From Bacteroidota bacterium (lineage in GTDB: Bacteria > Bacteroidota > Bacteroidia > Chitinophagales > Saprospiraceae): 64,000 bases of DNA. Every line of letters starts with the position of its first letter. The first letter of the stretch is position 1. Under the pieces are notes generated by a model. The model saw only the letters and a list, made by a program, of their open reading frames with translations, made no database searches and was not told the DNA's origin. The position numbers and the translations under genes are program-made. Shown piece by piece: positions 8,792-17,747 of the stretch. The DNA lies in the NCBI GenBank assembly GCA_046051005.1, contig JBJOPA010000264.1, positions 38,755-102,754 on the forward strand, given 5' to 3'.

Positions 8792-10111
8792 ATGAACATT
8801 GCAGTAGTAGGAACTGGTTATGTCGGTTTGGTAACAGGAACTTGTTTTGCCGAAACGGGCAATCAAGTGATATGTGTGGACATCAATGCGCAAAAAATCG
8901 AGCGCATGAAAGCAGGTGAAATTCCAATTTACGAACCCGGTTTGGACGTTTTGTTTGACAGAAACACCAAAAAAGGTCGTCTTTCTTTCACCACCGACCT
9001 CAAAGCGGCTATCAAAGACGCGGCTATCATCTTTTTGGCATTGCCAACCCCGCCGGGCGAAGATGGTTCGGCAGATTTGTCTTATATTTTGGGCGTAGCC
9101 AAAGATTTATCGCACATCATCACCGATTATAAAGTCATCATTGACAAATCAACGGTTCCCGTCGGAACGGCGGAAAAAGTGCATGCCATTTTAGTGGAGA
9201 ATTTGGACGAAAAGTTGTTCGATGTCGTGTCAAACCCAGAGTTTTTGCGCGAAGGCGTTGCGGTGGAAGATTTCATGAAACCCGACCGCGTGGTGATTGG
9301 AACCAATTCCGAACGCGCCCGTGAGGTGATGCGTCAACTCTACGAACCATTTGTCCGTCAAGGAAATCCCATCTATTTCATGGACGAACGGTCGGCAGAA
9401 ATGACAAAATATGCTGCCAACTCGTATCTCGCGGCACGTATTTCTTTTATGAATGAAATCGCTAATATTTGCGAACTCGCAGGCGCAAACGTGGACATGG
9501 TGCGCATGGGCATGGGTTCAGATGCACGGATTGGCAAGCGTTTTTTGTTTCCGGGCATTGGTTATGGCGGTTCGTGTTTTCCAAAAGACGTGCAGGCGTT
9601 GGCGAAAACGGCTTCGCAATACGATTATAATTTCAGAATTTTAGATGCCGTTATGACGGTAAATGACTTGCAAAAACGCCGTTTGTTCCAAAAAATCAAG
9701 GAATTTTATGGCTTGCGTAACCTCAAAGGCAAACACTTTGCCGTGTGGGGATTGGCGTTCAAACCCAACACCGACGACATTCGCGAAGCACCCGCCCTCG
9801 AAATTATTGAGGAATTGTTGGCAGCTGGTTGCACCGTCACCACGTTCGACCCAGAAGGTATGCCGAATGTGAAAGCGATTTTTGGAGATAAAATCAAGTA
9901 TGCAAATGACGAATATGAAGCGATTCAAGGCGCAGATGCACTCGTGATTTGTACCGAATGGTCTATTTTCAGAACGCCCGATTTTGCAAAACTTTCAGCA
10001 AACGTGAAAGATAAAACCATTTTTGATGGACGGAATCTATACGACGTGGCGCAAATGAAAGGCAAAGGTTTCCATTACGAAAGTATCGGACGCGAAATTG
10101 TAGAAGCGTAA
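8792..10111 (+). CDS. ugd: UDP-glucose 6-dehydrogenase
   Basis: The Rossmann motif is VVGTGYVGLVTG. The catalytic Cys context is GYGGSCFPKDV. Length 439 aa. Confidence 0.9.
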   Translation: MNIAVVGTGYVGLVTGTCFAETGNQVICVDINAQKIERMKAGEIPIYEPGLDVLFDRNTKKGRLSFTTDLKAAIKDAAIIFLALPTPPGEDGSADLSYILGVAKDLSHIITDYKVIIDKSTVPVGTAEKVHAILVENLDEKLFDVVSNPEFLREGVAVEDFMKPDRVVIGTNSERAREVMRQLYEPFVRQGNPIYFMDERSAEMTKYAANSYLAARISFMNEIANICELAGANVDMVRMGMGSDARIGKRFLFPGIGYGGSCFPKDVQALAKTASQYDYNFRILDAVMTVNDLQKRRLFQKIKEFYGLRNLKGKHFAVWGLAFKPNTDDIREAPALEIIEELLAAGCTVTTFDPEGMPNVKAIFGDKIKYANDEYEAIQGADALVICTEWSIFRTPDFAKLSANVKDKTIFDGRNLYDVAQMKGKGFHYESIGREIVEA

Positions 10112-10114
10112 TAC

Positions 10115-10157
10115 AAAAGTCTTGTAAATGATTGGATGTCGTTTACAAGACTTTTTT
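10115..10157 (+). terminator. ugd terminator
   Basis: AAAAGTCTTGTAAA ... TTTACAAGACTTTTTT. Confidence 0.8.
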
Positions 10158-10162
10158 CTTCA

Positions 10163-10228
10163 AAAAATGCTACCCCCCAGTATCCAACCCCATTTTGGCG
10201 GTTTTATACTGGGGGGTAGCATTTTTTA
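10163..10228. repeat. CAGTAT-box palindromic pair (copies 9 and 10)
   Basis: AAAAAATGCTACCCCCCAGTAT (10163-10184), a 22-nt spacer, then ATACTGGGGGGTAGCATTTTTT (10207-10228). The 22-nt arms are perfect. It lies just distal to a separate canonical ugd terminator. Confidence 0.95.
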
Positions 10229-10374
10229 GAAAAAAACATCAAAAAAAATGTCCACAATTTTTTATTTTACTCCAAAAAGCCTTTTTTCTCCTGTAAAAAA
10301 ATCTTTTTTAGATAAAAAAGGAAAAAAAAATTGCGAAGCATATTCTAATTTTCAAACTCGCCGTATCTTTGCAC

Positions 10375-11901
10375 ATGGAAACCCTAAAATTTGCAAAAAA
10401 TGAGTTTGCGTCCGACCAAACGGAACGCATCAATTTAGAATCTTCTAAATTTATCGGCGAAGCATTGACTTACGACGATGTGTTATTGGTGCCAGCCTAT
10501 TCCGAAGTGCTTCCCCGTGATGTTGATATTTCAACGCAACTCACCCGCGAGTTGCGGCTCAACGTTCCGCTTGTGGCGGCGGCGATGGACACCGTCTCGG
10601 AAAGAGACCTTGCCATTGCGATGGCGCGACACGGCGGCGTGGCGATGATTCATAAAAATATGTCCATCGAACGACAAGCCGACCAAGTTCGCTCCGTAAA
10701 ACGCTCCGAAAGCGGCATGATTATAGACCCCGTCACGCTTCCGCCCGATGCCACCGTGCAAGATGCGCACGATTTGATGCGACGTTTCAGCATCGGCGGC
10801 ATTCCGATTGTAAACGAATCGGGATTGTTGATAGGTATTTTGACGAATCGCGATTTGCGATTTGAACGAAACTACAATCGGTTAGTCAGCGAATTGATGA
10901 CCACCGACAAACTCGTCACCGCGCCCAAAGGCACAACGCTCAACCAAGCACGTGATATTTTGCAGCAGCAAAAAATTGAAAAACTTCCCGTTGTTGACGA
11001 TTTCGGCAAACTCGTCGGACTCATCACGTATAAAGACATTACAAAACTCAAAAATCACCCCACCGCTTGTAAAGATACGTTGGGTCGGTTGGTGGTCGGC
11101 GCAGCCGTTGGCGTTACCGACGACACGTTCGACCGCGTGGCAGCATTGGTCGCTGTGGGCGTTGATGTCATTTGCGTGGATACCGCGCACGGACACTCAC
11201 GCGGCGTTTTGAATACAATTAAAGAATTAAAAAAAATATATAAAGACCTACAAATCATTGGTGGCAATGTCGCAACGGGCGCAGGCGCATTGGCACTCGC
11301 CGAAGCAGGCGTGGACGGCGTGAAAGTCGGCGTTGGACCTGGCTCCATTTGTACCACGCGCATCGTCGCGGGCGTAGGCGTGCCGCAATTGACGGCGGTT
11401 CACCAAGCGGCGCAAGCCTTGCGCGGAACGGGCATACCCATCATTGCCGACGGCGGCATTCGATATACGGGCGATATTGCGAAAGCAATTGCGGCGGGCG
11501 CAAGTTCGGTCATGGGCGGTTCGCTGTTTGCAGGAACCGAAGAAGCACCGGGCGAAACCATCATTCTTGATGGACGAAAATTTAAAGTATATCGTGGCAT
11601 GGGGTCTATTGGGGCAATGGAATTGGGGTCGAAAGACCGATATTTTCAAGATGTGGAAGACGATGTGAGAAAATTGGTGCCAGAAGGAATCGAAGGGCGC
11701 GTTGCGTTTAAAGGAGCCGTTGGTGAAGTGATGGTGCAATATATCGGTGGACTTCGCGCCAGCATGGGTTATTGTGGCGCGGCGAACATCGAAGCCATGC
11801 AAAATGCTCGGTTTGTGCGCATCACGTCGGCAGGCGTATTGGAAAGCCACCCACACAATGTTGTGATAACAAAAGAATCGCCCAATTATTCGCGCCGATA
11901 A
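10375..11901 (+). CDS. guaB: IMP dehydrogenase
   Basis: [10 protein letters not shown], a tandem CBS pair, the catalytic loop [11 protein letters not shown], and YRGMGS. I chose the ATG at 10375; the ORF track starts at a TTG at 10369. Confidence 0.93.
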   Translation: METLKFAKNEFASDQTERINLESSKFIGEALTYDDVLLVPAYSEVLPRDVDISTQLTRELRLNVPLVAAAMDTVSERDLAIAMARHGGVAMIHKNMSIERQADQVRSVKRSESGMIIDPVTLPPDATVQDAHDLMRRFSIGGIPIVNESGLLIGILTNRDLRFERNYNRLVSELMTTDKLVTAPKGTTLNQARDILQQQKIEKLPVVDDFGKLVGLITYKDITKLKNHPTACKDTLGRLVVGAAVGVTDDTFDRVAALVAVGVDVICVDTAHGHSRGVLNTIKELKKIYKDLQIIGGNVATGAGALALAEAGVDGVKVGVGPGSICTTRIVAGVGVPQLTAVHQAAQALRGTGIPIIADGGIRYTGDIAKAIAAGASSVMGGSLFAGTEEAPGETIILDGRKFKVYRGMGSIGAMELGSKDRYFQDVEDDVRKLVPEGIEGRVAFKGAVGEVMVQYIGGLRASMGYCGAANIEAMQNARFVRITSAGVLESHPHNVVITKESPNYSRR

Positions 11902-11913
11902 GTCCAAAAAACG

Positions 11914-11926
11914 CCCCCCCCAGTAT
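11914..11926 (+). repeat. CAGTAT-box copy 11 (C8AGTAT), intergenic
   Basis: CCAAAAAACGCCCCCCCCAGTATCCAA, 13 nt after the guaB stop. Confidence 0.9.
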
Positions 11927-11969
11927 CCAATTGATTTTTATTTAAAATTTTATTTTTAAAAATATATTT

Positions 11970-12506
11970 GTGAGAAAAATAGTTGTTTTGATGATTTTGA
12001 TGGGGCAATTTTGGGCTTGTCGGCAACCTGTTTTGCCAACCGACAACCCTGAATTGGTGTTGAAAAAAATGTTCCCAAATAGCAGCGATTTTGAATGTGA
12101 TACGTTAGAAAACAACGATTTGATGTTCAGTTTTGTAGCAGATGGCTACAATTCGTCCGCCATTTTCGGAAGAGATAGTACTTTTAAAAATGATAAAAAT
12201 GTTGCCCAAAAATTGCAAGAAGTGCAGCAAAATTGGGATTTTACCTTGCTTCCAACCGAAGTTTTGACGGGTGTAAAATCTTTTTTTAAAGATTTTGACG
12301 CGGAAAATGTGATAAATTTGGACAAAATCAGCCGATATACTGGGGGGGGGGCATTGGAAGGCATTTTTTATGATATTGAATACGATGATGGTGAAAACCT
12401 CGTCATTGTGCAATTTGATGCGAAAGGCAAACTCATTCAACAAAACAAAATCAAACTTTCTGACCTCGAAATTCAACAAAAAGAGGAAGAAGGCGTTGAA
12501 GATTAA
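11970..12506 (+). CDS. hypothetical small secreted protein or lipoprotein
   Basis: 178-aa ORF with a GTG start and an N-terminal hydrophobic segment ending ...FWAC. No recognisable domain. Contains one motif copy (RYTGGGALEG). Confidence 0.5.
   Translation: MRKIVVLMILMGQFWACRQPVLPTDNPELVLKKMFPNSSDFECDTLENNDLMFSFVADGYNSSAIFGRDSTFKNDKNVAQKLQEVQQNWDFTLLPTEVLTGVKSFFKDFDAENVINLDKISRYTGGGALEGIFYDIEYDDGENLVIVQFDAKGKLIQQNKIKLSDLEIQQKEEEGVED
12337..12351 (-). repeat. CAGTAT-box copy 12 (ATACTG10) inside a CDS
   Basis: Inside ORF 11970..12506, read as RYTGGGAL. Confidence 0.9.
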
Positions 12507-12527
12507 AAATAAATAAATAAGATATCC

Positions 12528-13871
12528 ATGTCGAAACCAAGCATTCCACGCGGCACACGCGATTTTTCGCCCCCTATTTTGGCGCGTCGCGACTATATTT
12601 TTGAGACCATCAAAGGCATTTTTCAAAAATACGGCTTTCAAGGAATTGAAACGCCCGCCCTTGAAAACCTCTCTACATTGACAGGAAAATATGGCGAAGA
12701 AGGCGACCGACTCTTGTTCAAAGTGCTAAACAACGGCGATTTTTTGAGCAAAGCCAATGTCGAAGCCCTCGAATCGCGCAATTCTGCTAAACTTACGCTG
12801 TCTATTTCGGACAGGGGTTTGCGCTATGATTTGACGGTTCCGTTTGCTCGATTTGTCGTGATGCACCAAAACGACCTCACTTTTCCTTTCAAACGCTATC
12901 AAATTCAACCCGTTTGGCGGGGTGACAATCCACAACACGGACGTTATCGCGAATTTTTTCAATGCGATGCCGATGTGGTGGGTTCCAATTCGCTGGTTTA
13001 CGAAGCCGATTTGATGCGCATTTATGACGAAGTTTTTGCAAAATTGAATTTGCCTGTTGTCATTAAAATCAACAATCGAAAAGTGTTGCAAGGTATTGCC
13101 GAAGCCGCAGATTGTGGCGACCGTTTCATTGAAATGACGGTGGCGATTGACAAACTCGACAAAATTGGTTGGGACGGCGTGGCTGCCGAACTCAAAAATC
13201 GCAATTTTAGCGACCAAAATATTGCCGCCATTCAACAGATTTTGACGCTCAATACGCTCGATTTGCTAGAAACCGTCGCTCACAAAAGCGAAAATCTGAA
13301 AAAAGGTATCGAAGAATTGAAAAGTGTTTATGAATATTTCAATATGACTGCGTCCACCAATCCGCTCGAATTTGACATTACGTTGGCGCGTGGATTGACG
13401 TATTATACAGGTTGCATTTTTGAAGTGAAAGCCGTAGGCGTGGCGATGGGCAGCATCGGCGGCGGCGGGCGTTATGATGATTTGACGAGTGTTTTTGGTC
13501 TCAAAAATATGTCGGGCGTAGGGATTTCTTTCGGCGCGGACAGAATTTATGATTGCCTCGAAAAGTTGAATTTATTTCCCGAAAATGCGACAAATGGCTT
13601 GAAAGTTTTGTTTGTGGCGTTTGACGAAGCGGCGCATCGGTTTGCGTATCGGTCGCTTTTGCGCGTGCGCGAAGCGGGCATTTGTGCCGATATTTATCCC
13701 GAACCTGCAAAAATGAAAAAACAATTGGATTATGCCAATCGCCGCAACGTTCCGTTTGTGGTGGTCGTGGGCGAAGAGGAAATGACTTCGGGTTTGTTAA
13801 CGCTTAAAAATATGGTTTCGGGCGAACAACAAAAATTGGATTTATTGGAAATTATCAAGCAAATTGGTTGA
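12528..13871 (+). CDS. hisS: histidine--tRNA ligase
   Basis: Class II aaRS motifs are present: PRGTRDF, FKRYQIQPVWRGDNPQHGRYREFFQCD and GGGGRYDDL. There is a C-terminal anticodon-binding domain. Confidence 0.95.
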   Translation: MSKPSIPRGTRDFSPPILARRDYIFETIKGIFQKYGFQGIETPALENLSTLTGKYGEEGDRLLFKVLNNGDFLSKANVEALESRNSAKLTLSISDRGLRYDLTVPFARFVVMHQNDLTFPFKRYQIQPVWRGDNPQHGRYREFFQCDADVVGSNSLVYEADLMRIYDEVFAKLNLPVVIKINNRKVLQGIAEAADCGDRFIEMTVAIDKLDKIGWDGVAAELKNRNFSDQNIAAIQQILTLNTLDLLETVAHKSENLKKGIEELKSVYEYFNMTASTNPLEFDITLARGLTYYTGCIFEVKAVGVAMGSIGGGGRYDDLTSVFGLKNMSGVGISFGADRIYDCLEKLNLFPENATNGLKVLFVAFDEAAHRFAYRSLLRVREAGICADIYPEPAKMKKQLDYANRRNVPFVVVVGEEEMTSGLLTLKNMVSGEQQKLDLLEIIKQIG

Positions 13872-13888
13872 TTTTTCTAGTAAAAATG

Positions 13889-13902
13889 CCCCCCCCCAGT
13901 AT
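13889..13902 (+). repeat. CAGTAT-box copy 13 (C9AGTAT), intergenic
   Basis: GTAAAAATGCCCCCCCCCAGTATAT, 18 nt after the hisS stop. Confidence 0.9.
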
Positions 13903-13931
13903 ATTTGGCTAAAAAAGCTCATTTTTGAAAT

Positions 13932-13974
13932 AAAAAAGTCAACTTGCAAGTTTAGTTTGCAAGTTGACTTTTTT
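13932..13974. terminator. Bidirectional terminator between hisS and ORF 13995..15284
   Basis: AAAAAAGTCAACTTGCAA ... TTGCAAGTTGACTTTTTT. Perfect 18-nt arms. Confidence 0.85.
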
Positions 13975-13994
13975 ATAATACTTTGATAGATTCT

Positions 13995-15284
13995 TTACGT
14001 TTTTCTATTTTTCTTTTTCGCTGCGGGAAATAAAATATTGTTGAGAATGAGGCGATAACCCGCCGAATTTGGGTGCAGTGAAAGGTCTGTTTCGGGGTCG
14101 TTGACGTAGTGTTGATAATCTTCTGGGTCGTGACCGCCGTAGAATGTCCAAGTCCCTTTTCCGAACGTTCCGTGCATGTAACGGACTTCGCCTGCGGGCT
14201 TGTTTTCACCCATCATCAAGACATCGGATTTAATATATTTTTTATCAAAGGCAGTGCTTTGTCCCATAAACCCTTTCACGGTTTTCGTATGATTTTGGCA
14301 AAGCATGGCAGGAATGGGGTCCCATTTTGCCGAAAAATCGAATAGCGTGAAATAGTCTTGTTCAGGCGAGACAGTTCGATTCGGAGGACTTCTATCTATG
14401 TTAGAAAATTCGTATATCAACGGACTGCGTTCCAACGAAAAATTCTGAAAAGCAAAGGTTTGCGAAAAATCTAATTTGGATTGTGCATTGTTGTCTGCGG
14501 GGTCACCGTCATACATTTCGGCACAAATATCAACGCCGTTTGCTGCCAATGCAATGTCGTAACTGTCCGTCGCTGAACACATGGCAAACATGTAGCCGCC
14601 ACCGCCCACAAACTCTCGAATGGTGCGACAAACGGCAAGTTTTGATTGAGAAACCTTGTTGAAACCCAAGCTTTTTGCCAATTCTTCGGCGCGTTTTTGA
14701 TTGTCTCTGTACCAAGCCGTGCCGCCAAATGAGCTATAAAAACGTCCATATTGACCCGTAAAATCTTCGTGATGCAAATGCAACCAATCATACAACGCCA
14801 ATTTTCCGTCTAATACTTCGCGGTCATAGACGGTTTCGTAGGGGATTTCGGCGTAAGTCAAAACCAGCGTAACGGCATCGTCCCAAGGCTGCAATCGTTC
14901 GCCTTTTGAGTTGAGCGATGGCGTATAAACGGCAATTTTCGGCGCGACTTCGAGTTTGATGTCGTCCATATTTGCCTCTGGATTGGCGATTTGATTTTGA
15001 ATGTCGGCAAAAGTGGCATCGGGAATGACTTCATAGCTCACGCCGCGTGTGCGACACTCTTTTTCAAATTTTTGGCTGTGCGAAAACGCAAAACTGCCGC
15101 CGCGATAGTTGAGCAACCAATGCGCTTCGGCATTTTGATTGAGTACCCAAAACGTCATGCCGTAGGCTTTCAAATGGTCTTTTTGTTTTGCGTCCATCGG
15201 CAACAACATGACGCTGGCTTGCGCCGAACGCGCCCACAAACCACATAAAATTGCCATCAACACCAATAATTTCGTATTTTTCAT
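13995..15284 (-). CDS. conserved hypothetical secreted protein
   Basis: 429-aa ORF with a cleavable-looking signal (...WARSAQAS). I cannot assign a family from the sequence alone. Confidence 0.55.
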   Translation of the reverse strand: MKNTKLLVLMAILCGLWARSAQASVMLLPMDAKQKDHLKAYGMTFWVLNQNAEAHWLLNYRGGSFAFSHSQKFEKECRTRGVSYEVIPDATFADIQNQIANPEANMDDIKLEVAPKIAVYTPSLNSKGERLQPWDDAVTLVLTYAEIPYETVYDREVLDGKLALYDWLHLHHEDFTGQYGRFYSSFGGTAWYRDNQKRAEELAKSLGFNKVSQSKLAVCRTIREFVGGGGYMFAMCSATDSYDIALAANGVDICAEMYDGDPADNNAQSKLDFSQTFAFQNFSLERSPLIYEFSNIDRSPPNRTVSPEQDYFTLFDFSAKWDPIPAMLCQNHTKTVKGFMGQSTAFDKKYIKSDVLMMGENKPAGEVRYMHGTFGKGTWTFYGGHDPEDYQHYVNDPETDLSLHPNSAGYRLILNNILFPAAKKKNRKT

Positions 15285-15461
15285 TTTAATATTTTTTTTT
15301 AAGAAAATAATATCTGTATTTTTTTTTCAAGTAAATATAGAAACGAAATTTTTAATCAAAAGATTTTTTTAAAAGAAAAGAAATTGCTTGAAATGCATTT
15401 TTTTTTATAAATATGACGTAGCAAAGACAAAAAGTTGCGTTTTGCAAGCGTTGCCGAAAGC

Positions 15462-15509
15462 AAAAAAAAATACTTCAAAAAAGAAATTTCTTTTTTTGAA
15501 GTATTTTTT
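15462..15509 (-). terminator. Terminator downstream of ORF 15527..16237
   Basis: AATACTTCAAAAAAGAAA / TTTCTTTTTTTGAAGTATT, an A/T-rich long hairpin with flanking A and T runs. Confidence 0.6.
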
Positions 15510-15526
15510 GAATCCACACTTTTTTT

Positions 15527-16237
15527 TTAATGAACCAATGTGATGAACGGATATTGACCAATTTTGGTTCTCACCGTCGTGTCGCGGGTCTGAACAACCG
15601 CATTGTTGACAATCCGTTGCCAACGGATTACACAATCGGTATTGTCTTCGGTTGTGTAAGTATCGCTCACGCCGCCGCCTGCCGAAGTAATCAGCGAAAA
15701 GGTTCTATTCGACGTAGTTCGGTCTCCGCAAGGTTTGTTGCTATTCACAATAACACGAATAGAATCGGTCTGAATGCTCAAATCTTGAAAATATTGAATC
15801 GTAAAGGGTGCGTATTGGCAAGGATTAAAATCTTGCGTTTGTGTCTCGTTTGACCGAATTTTTCGATAAAATCGTTGCTCGTCGGGGTAGGCATAACCTG
15901 AAATATTGGCAGGCACCAGCCGATACATGCTATCAATATTTGCATTAAATGCAAACGAATAGCGACCCGAAGCATCGGTTTTTGTTTTGCCAAGAATGGT
16001 GCGCCGCTCGGAATAGAATAAGCCATCAATAAGTTTAACAGGGTCGCCAATGACAGTGTTATAGCCGTCGAGTATGATTTCGATGTCCGAAATTGGGGCG
16101 TTGGTCTTCGCGTCAAGCATCTGACCACTTACTCGTGTGTTGAACGTCGGCAACGGCAACACGGGGTCAGACGTACAGGCAAACTGATGCAACAATACGA
16201 CAGAAAAAAGGATTCTTGAAAATAATGTTGATTTCAT
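15527..16237 (-). CDS. hypothetical lipoprotein with a carboxypeptidase-regulatory-like beta-sandwich N-terminal domain
   Basis: The signal peptide has a lipobox-like ...HQFACTSD. The segment RVSGQMLDAKTNAPISDIEIILDGY resembles a CarboxypepD_reg fold. Confidence 0.5.
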   Translation of the reverse strand: MKSTLFSRILFSVVLLHQFACTSDPVLPLPTFNTRVSGQMLDAKTNAPISDIEIILDGYNTVIGDPVKLIDGLFYSERRTILGKTKTDASGRYSFAFNANIDSMYRLVPANISGYAYPDEQRFYRKIRSNETQTQDFNPCQYAPFTIQYFQDLSIQTDSIRVIVNSNKPCGDRTTSNRTFSLITSAGGGVSDTYTTEDNTDCVIRWQRIVNNAVVQTRDTTVRTKIGQYPFITLVH

Positions 16238-16440
16238 CTTTTTATTTTTTTTAAAGTATCATAATCCAATAAAAATATTATTTACTTTTATCAAAACGTA
16301 TAAGAAATACAATTTGTGATTTTTTTTAATCAAAACATCAAAATGATATTCCGATTTTCAACATTTAAAAATAGGAATTGTTTTTAAAATGAACATTTTA
16401 TTTTCAAGAATTACCCATTTTTTGATAAAAAACCCGTTTT

Positions 16441-16454
16441 ATACTGGGGGGGGG
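16441..16454 (-). repeat. CAGTAT-box copy 14 (ATACTG9), intergenic
   Basis: TTATACTGGGGGGGGGCTATTTT, 6 nt downstream of the ROK kinase stop on the minus strand. Confidence 0.9.
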
Positions 16455-16459
16455 CTATT

Positions 16460-17374
16460 TTACAACATCGCTGCGCCAAAAACGCCTGCGCTATCGCCCA
16501 ACGCGGGTTTCAAGAATTGCGTTTCGAGGCGATTGTTGAAAATGAATTTGCGGACTTCGTCCACGCCATCGGTATAGATGGAGTCAATGTTTCCCACGCC
16601 GCCGCCGATGACAATGGCATCAGGGTCGAGAATGTTGATGACATTTGCCACCGCTTTTCCAAAAAAATGATGCAATCGTTGCATCGTTGCTTGTGCGGCG
16701 GGGTCAATCGGGGCTTCATCGGCAATGATTTTGAGTTTTTTCTTTTTCCCCGTTTGTTGAAAATAAAAATTTTCTAACGAAACGCCTGCCAACACTTTTT
16801 CGACGCAACCCACGCGCCCGCAATAGCACGCGCCGCCCGACGTGTCCAAAAAGTTGTGTCCCCATTCGCCGCCGATACCGTGTCTGCCGTTCAAAACTTG
16901 CCCGTTTACGAACACGCCGCCGCCCACGCCCGTACCCATGATGATGCCAAAAACGACTTTTGCCGACGGCGATTGCGCAGGAACCGCGCCCAACAAAGCC
17001 TCTGCCACCACAAAACAATTGGCATCATTCGCCATTCTGACTTCTATGCCCAATTGTTTTTCTAAATCCGCTTTCAATGGTTTTCCGTTCAAGCAAACGG
17101 TGTTTGAATTTTTCAACAATTGCGAAGTGGGGTCGAGCGTGCCAGGTGTGCCGATGCCGATGTGGGTTGCTTTTTTACCAACGGCGCGTTCGAGTTCGCC
17201 CACCAATTTCACGATTTGAGAAACGATGTGTTGATAGCCATTTTCCTGTTCGGTAGGCAATCTTTGGCGCGACAAGACGCGAAATACTGGGGGGGGGGCA
17301 TCGGTTGGAATTTCTAAGGTAACACCCTCTATTTTGGTGCCGCCTAAATCAATACCAAAAAGAATTTGACTCAT
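16460..17374 (-). CDS. ROK-family sugar kinase (glucokinase / N-acetylglucosamine kinase-like)
   Basis: The ATP-binding N-terminus is FGIDLGGTK, followed by DANCFVVAEA. The ROK zinc motif is GHNFLD...CYCGRVGCVE. Confidence 0.88.
   Translation of the reverse strand: MSQILFGIDLGGTKIEGVTLEIPTDAPPPVFRVLSRQRLPTEQENGYQHIVSQIVKLVGELERAVGKKATHIGIGTPGTLDPTSQLLKNSNTVCLNGKPLKADLEKQLGIEVRMANDANCFVVAEALLGAVPAQSPSAKVVFGIIMGTGVGGGVFVNGQVLNGRHGIGGEWGHNFLDTSGGACYCGRVGCVEKVLAGVSLENFYFQQTGKKKKLKIIADEAPIDPAAQATMQRLHHFFGKAVANVINILDPDAIVIGGGVGNIDSIYTDGVDEVRKFIFNNRLETQFLKPALGDSAGVFGAAML
17284..17298 (-). repeat. CAGTAT-box copy 15 (ATACTG10) inside the ROK kinase gene
   Basis: On the coding strand it reads GATGCCCCCCCCCCAGTATTT = DAPPPVF. 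Confidence 0.9.
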
Positions 17375-17484
17375 TTAAATAATATTTTATAGCGTAATAA
17401 AAAAAATACGACAACAGATTTCAAAAAAAAAGATGTTTCAAAAAAAAATTGAAGAAAATATTAGTCTATTTGCATTTTATTAAC

Positions 17485-17492
17485 TAACTTTG
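17485..17492 (+). promoter_or_regulatory. -7 box TAACTTTG upstream of the substrate-binding protein gene
   Basis: TAnnTTTG match in the divergent intergenic region. Confidence 0.4.
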
Positions 17493-17747
17493 TCCCTCGT
17501 TATTTCTCGTTTGGGCAAAAAAATCTAGAATCAATGATTTCTCGTATCATTTTTGTATCAATCATAGGAATGTAGAACAATCCATCATCATAAAAAAGAT
17601 TTCAAAAACTTGACCGAACCGATTCAGGTTAGCTGATTTAAAGTATTTTCAAAGAGAAATATCAATCTACCTTGTTTTAACTTCATTGGAAAATGACGGA
17701 GCGTTTTGTTTCGCCAATTTTTCCGAACAAAAATAATAAATTTACTG

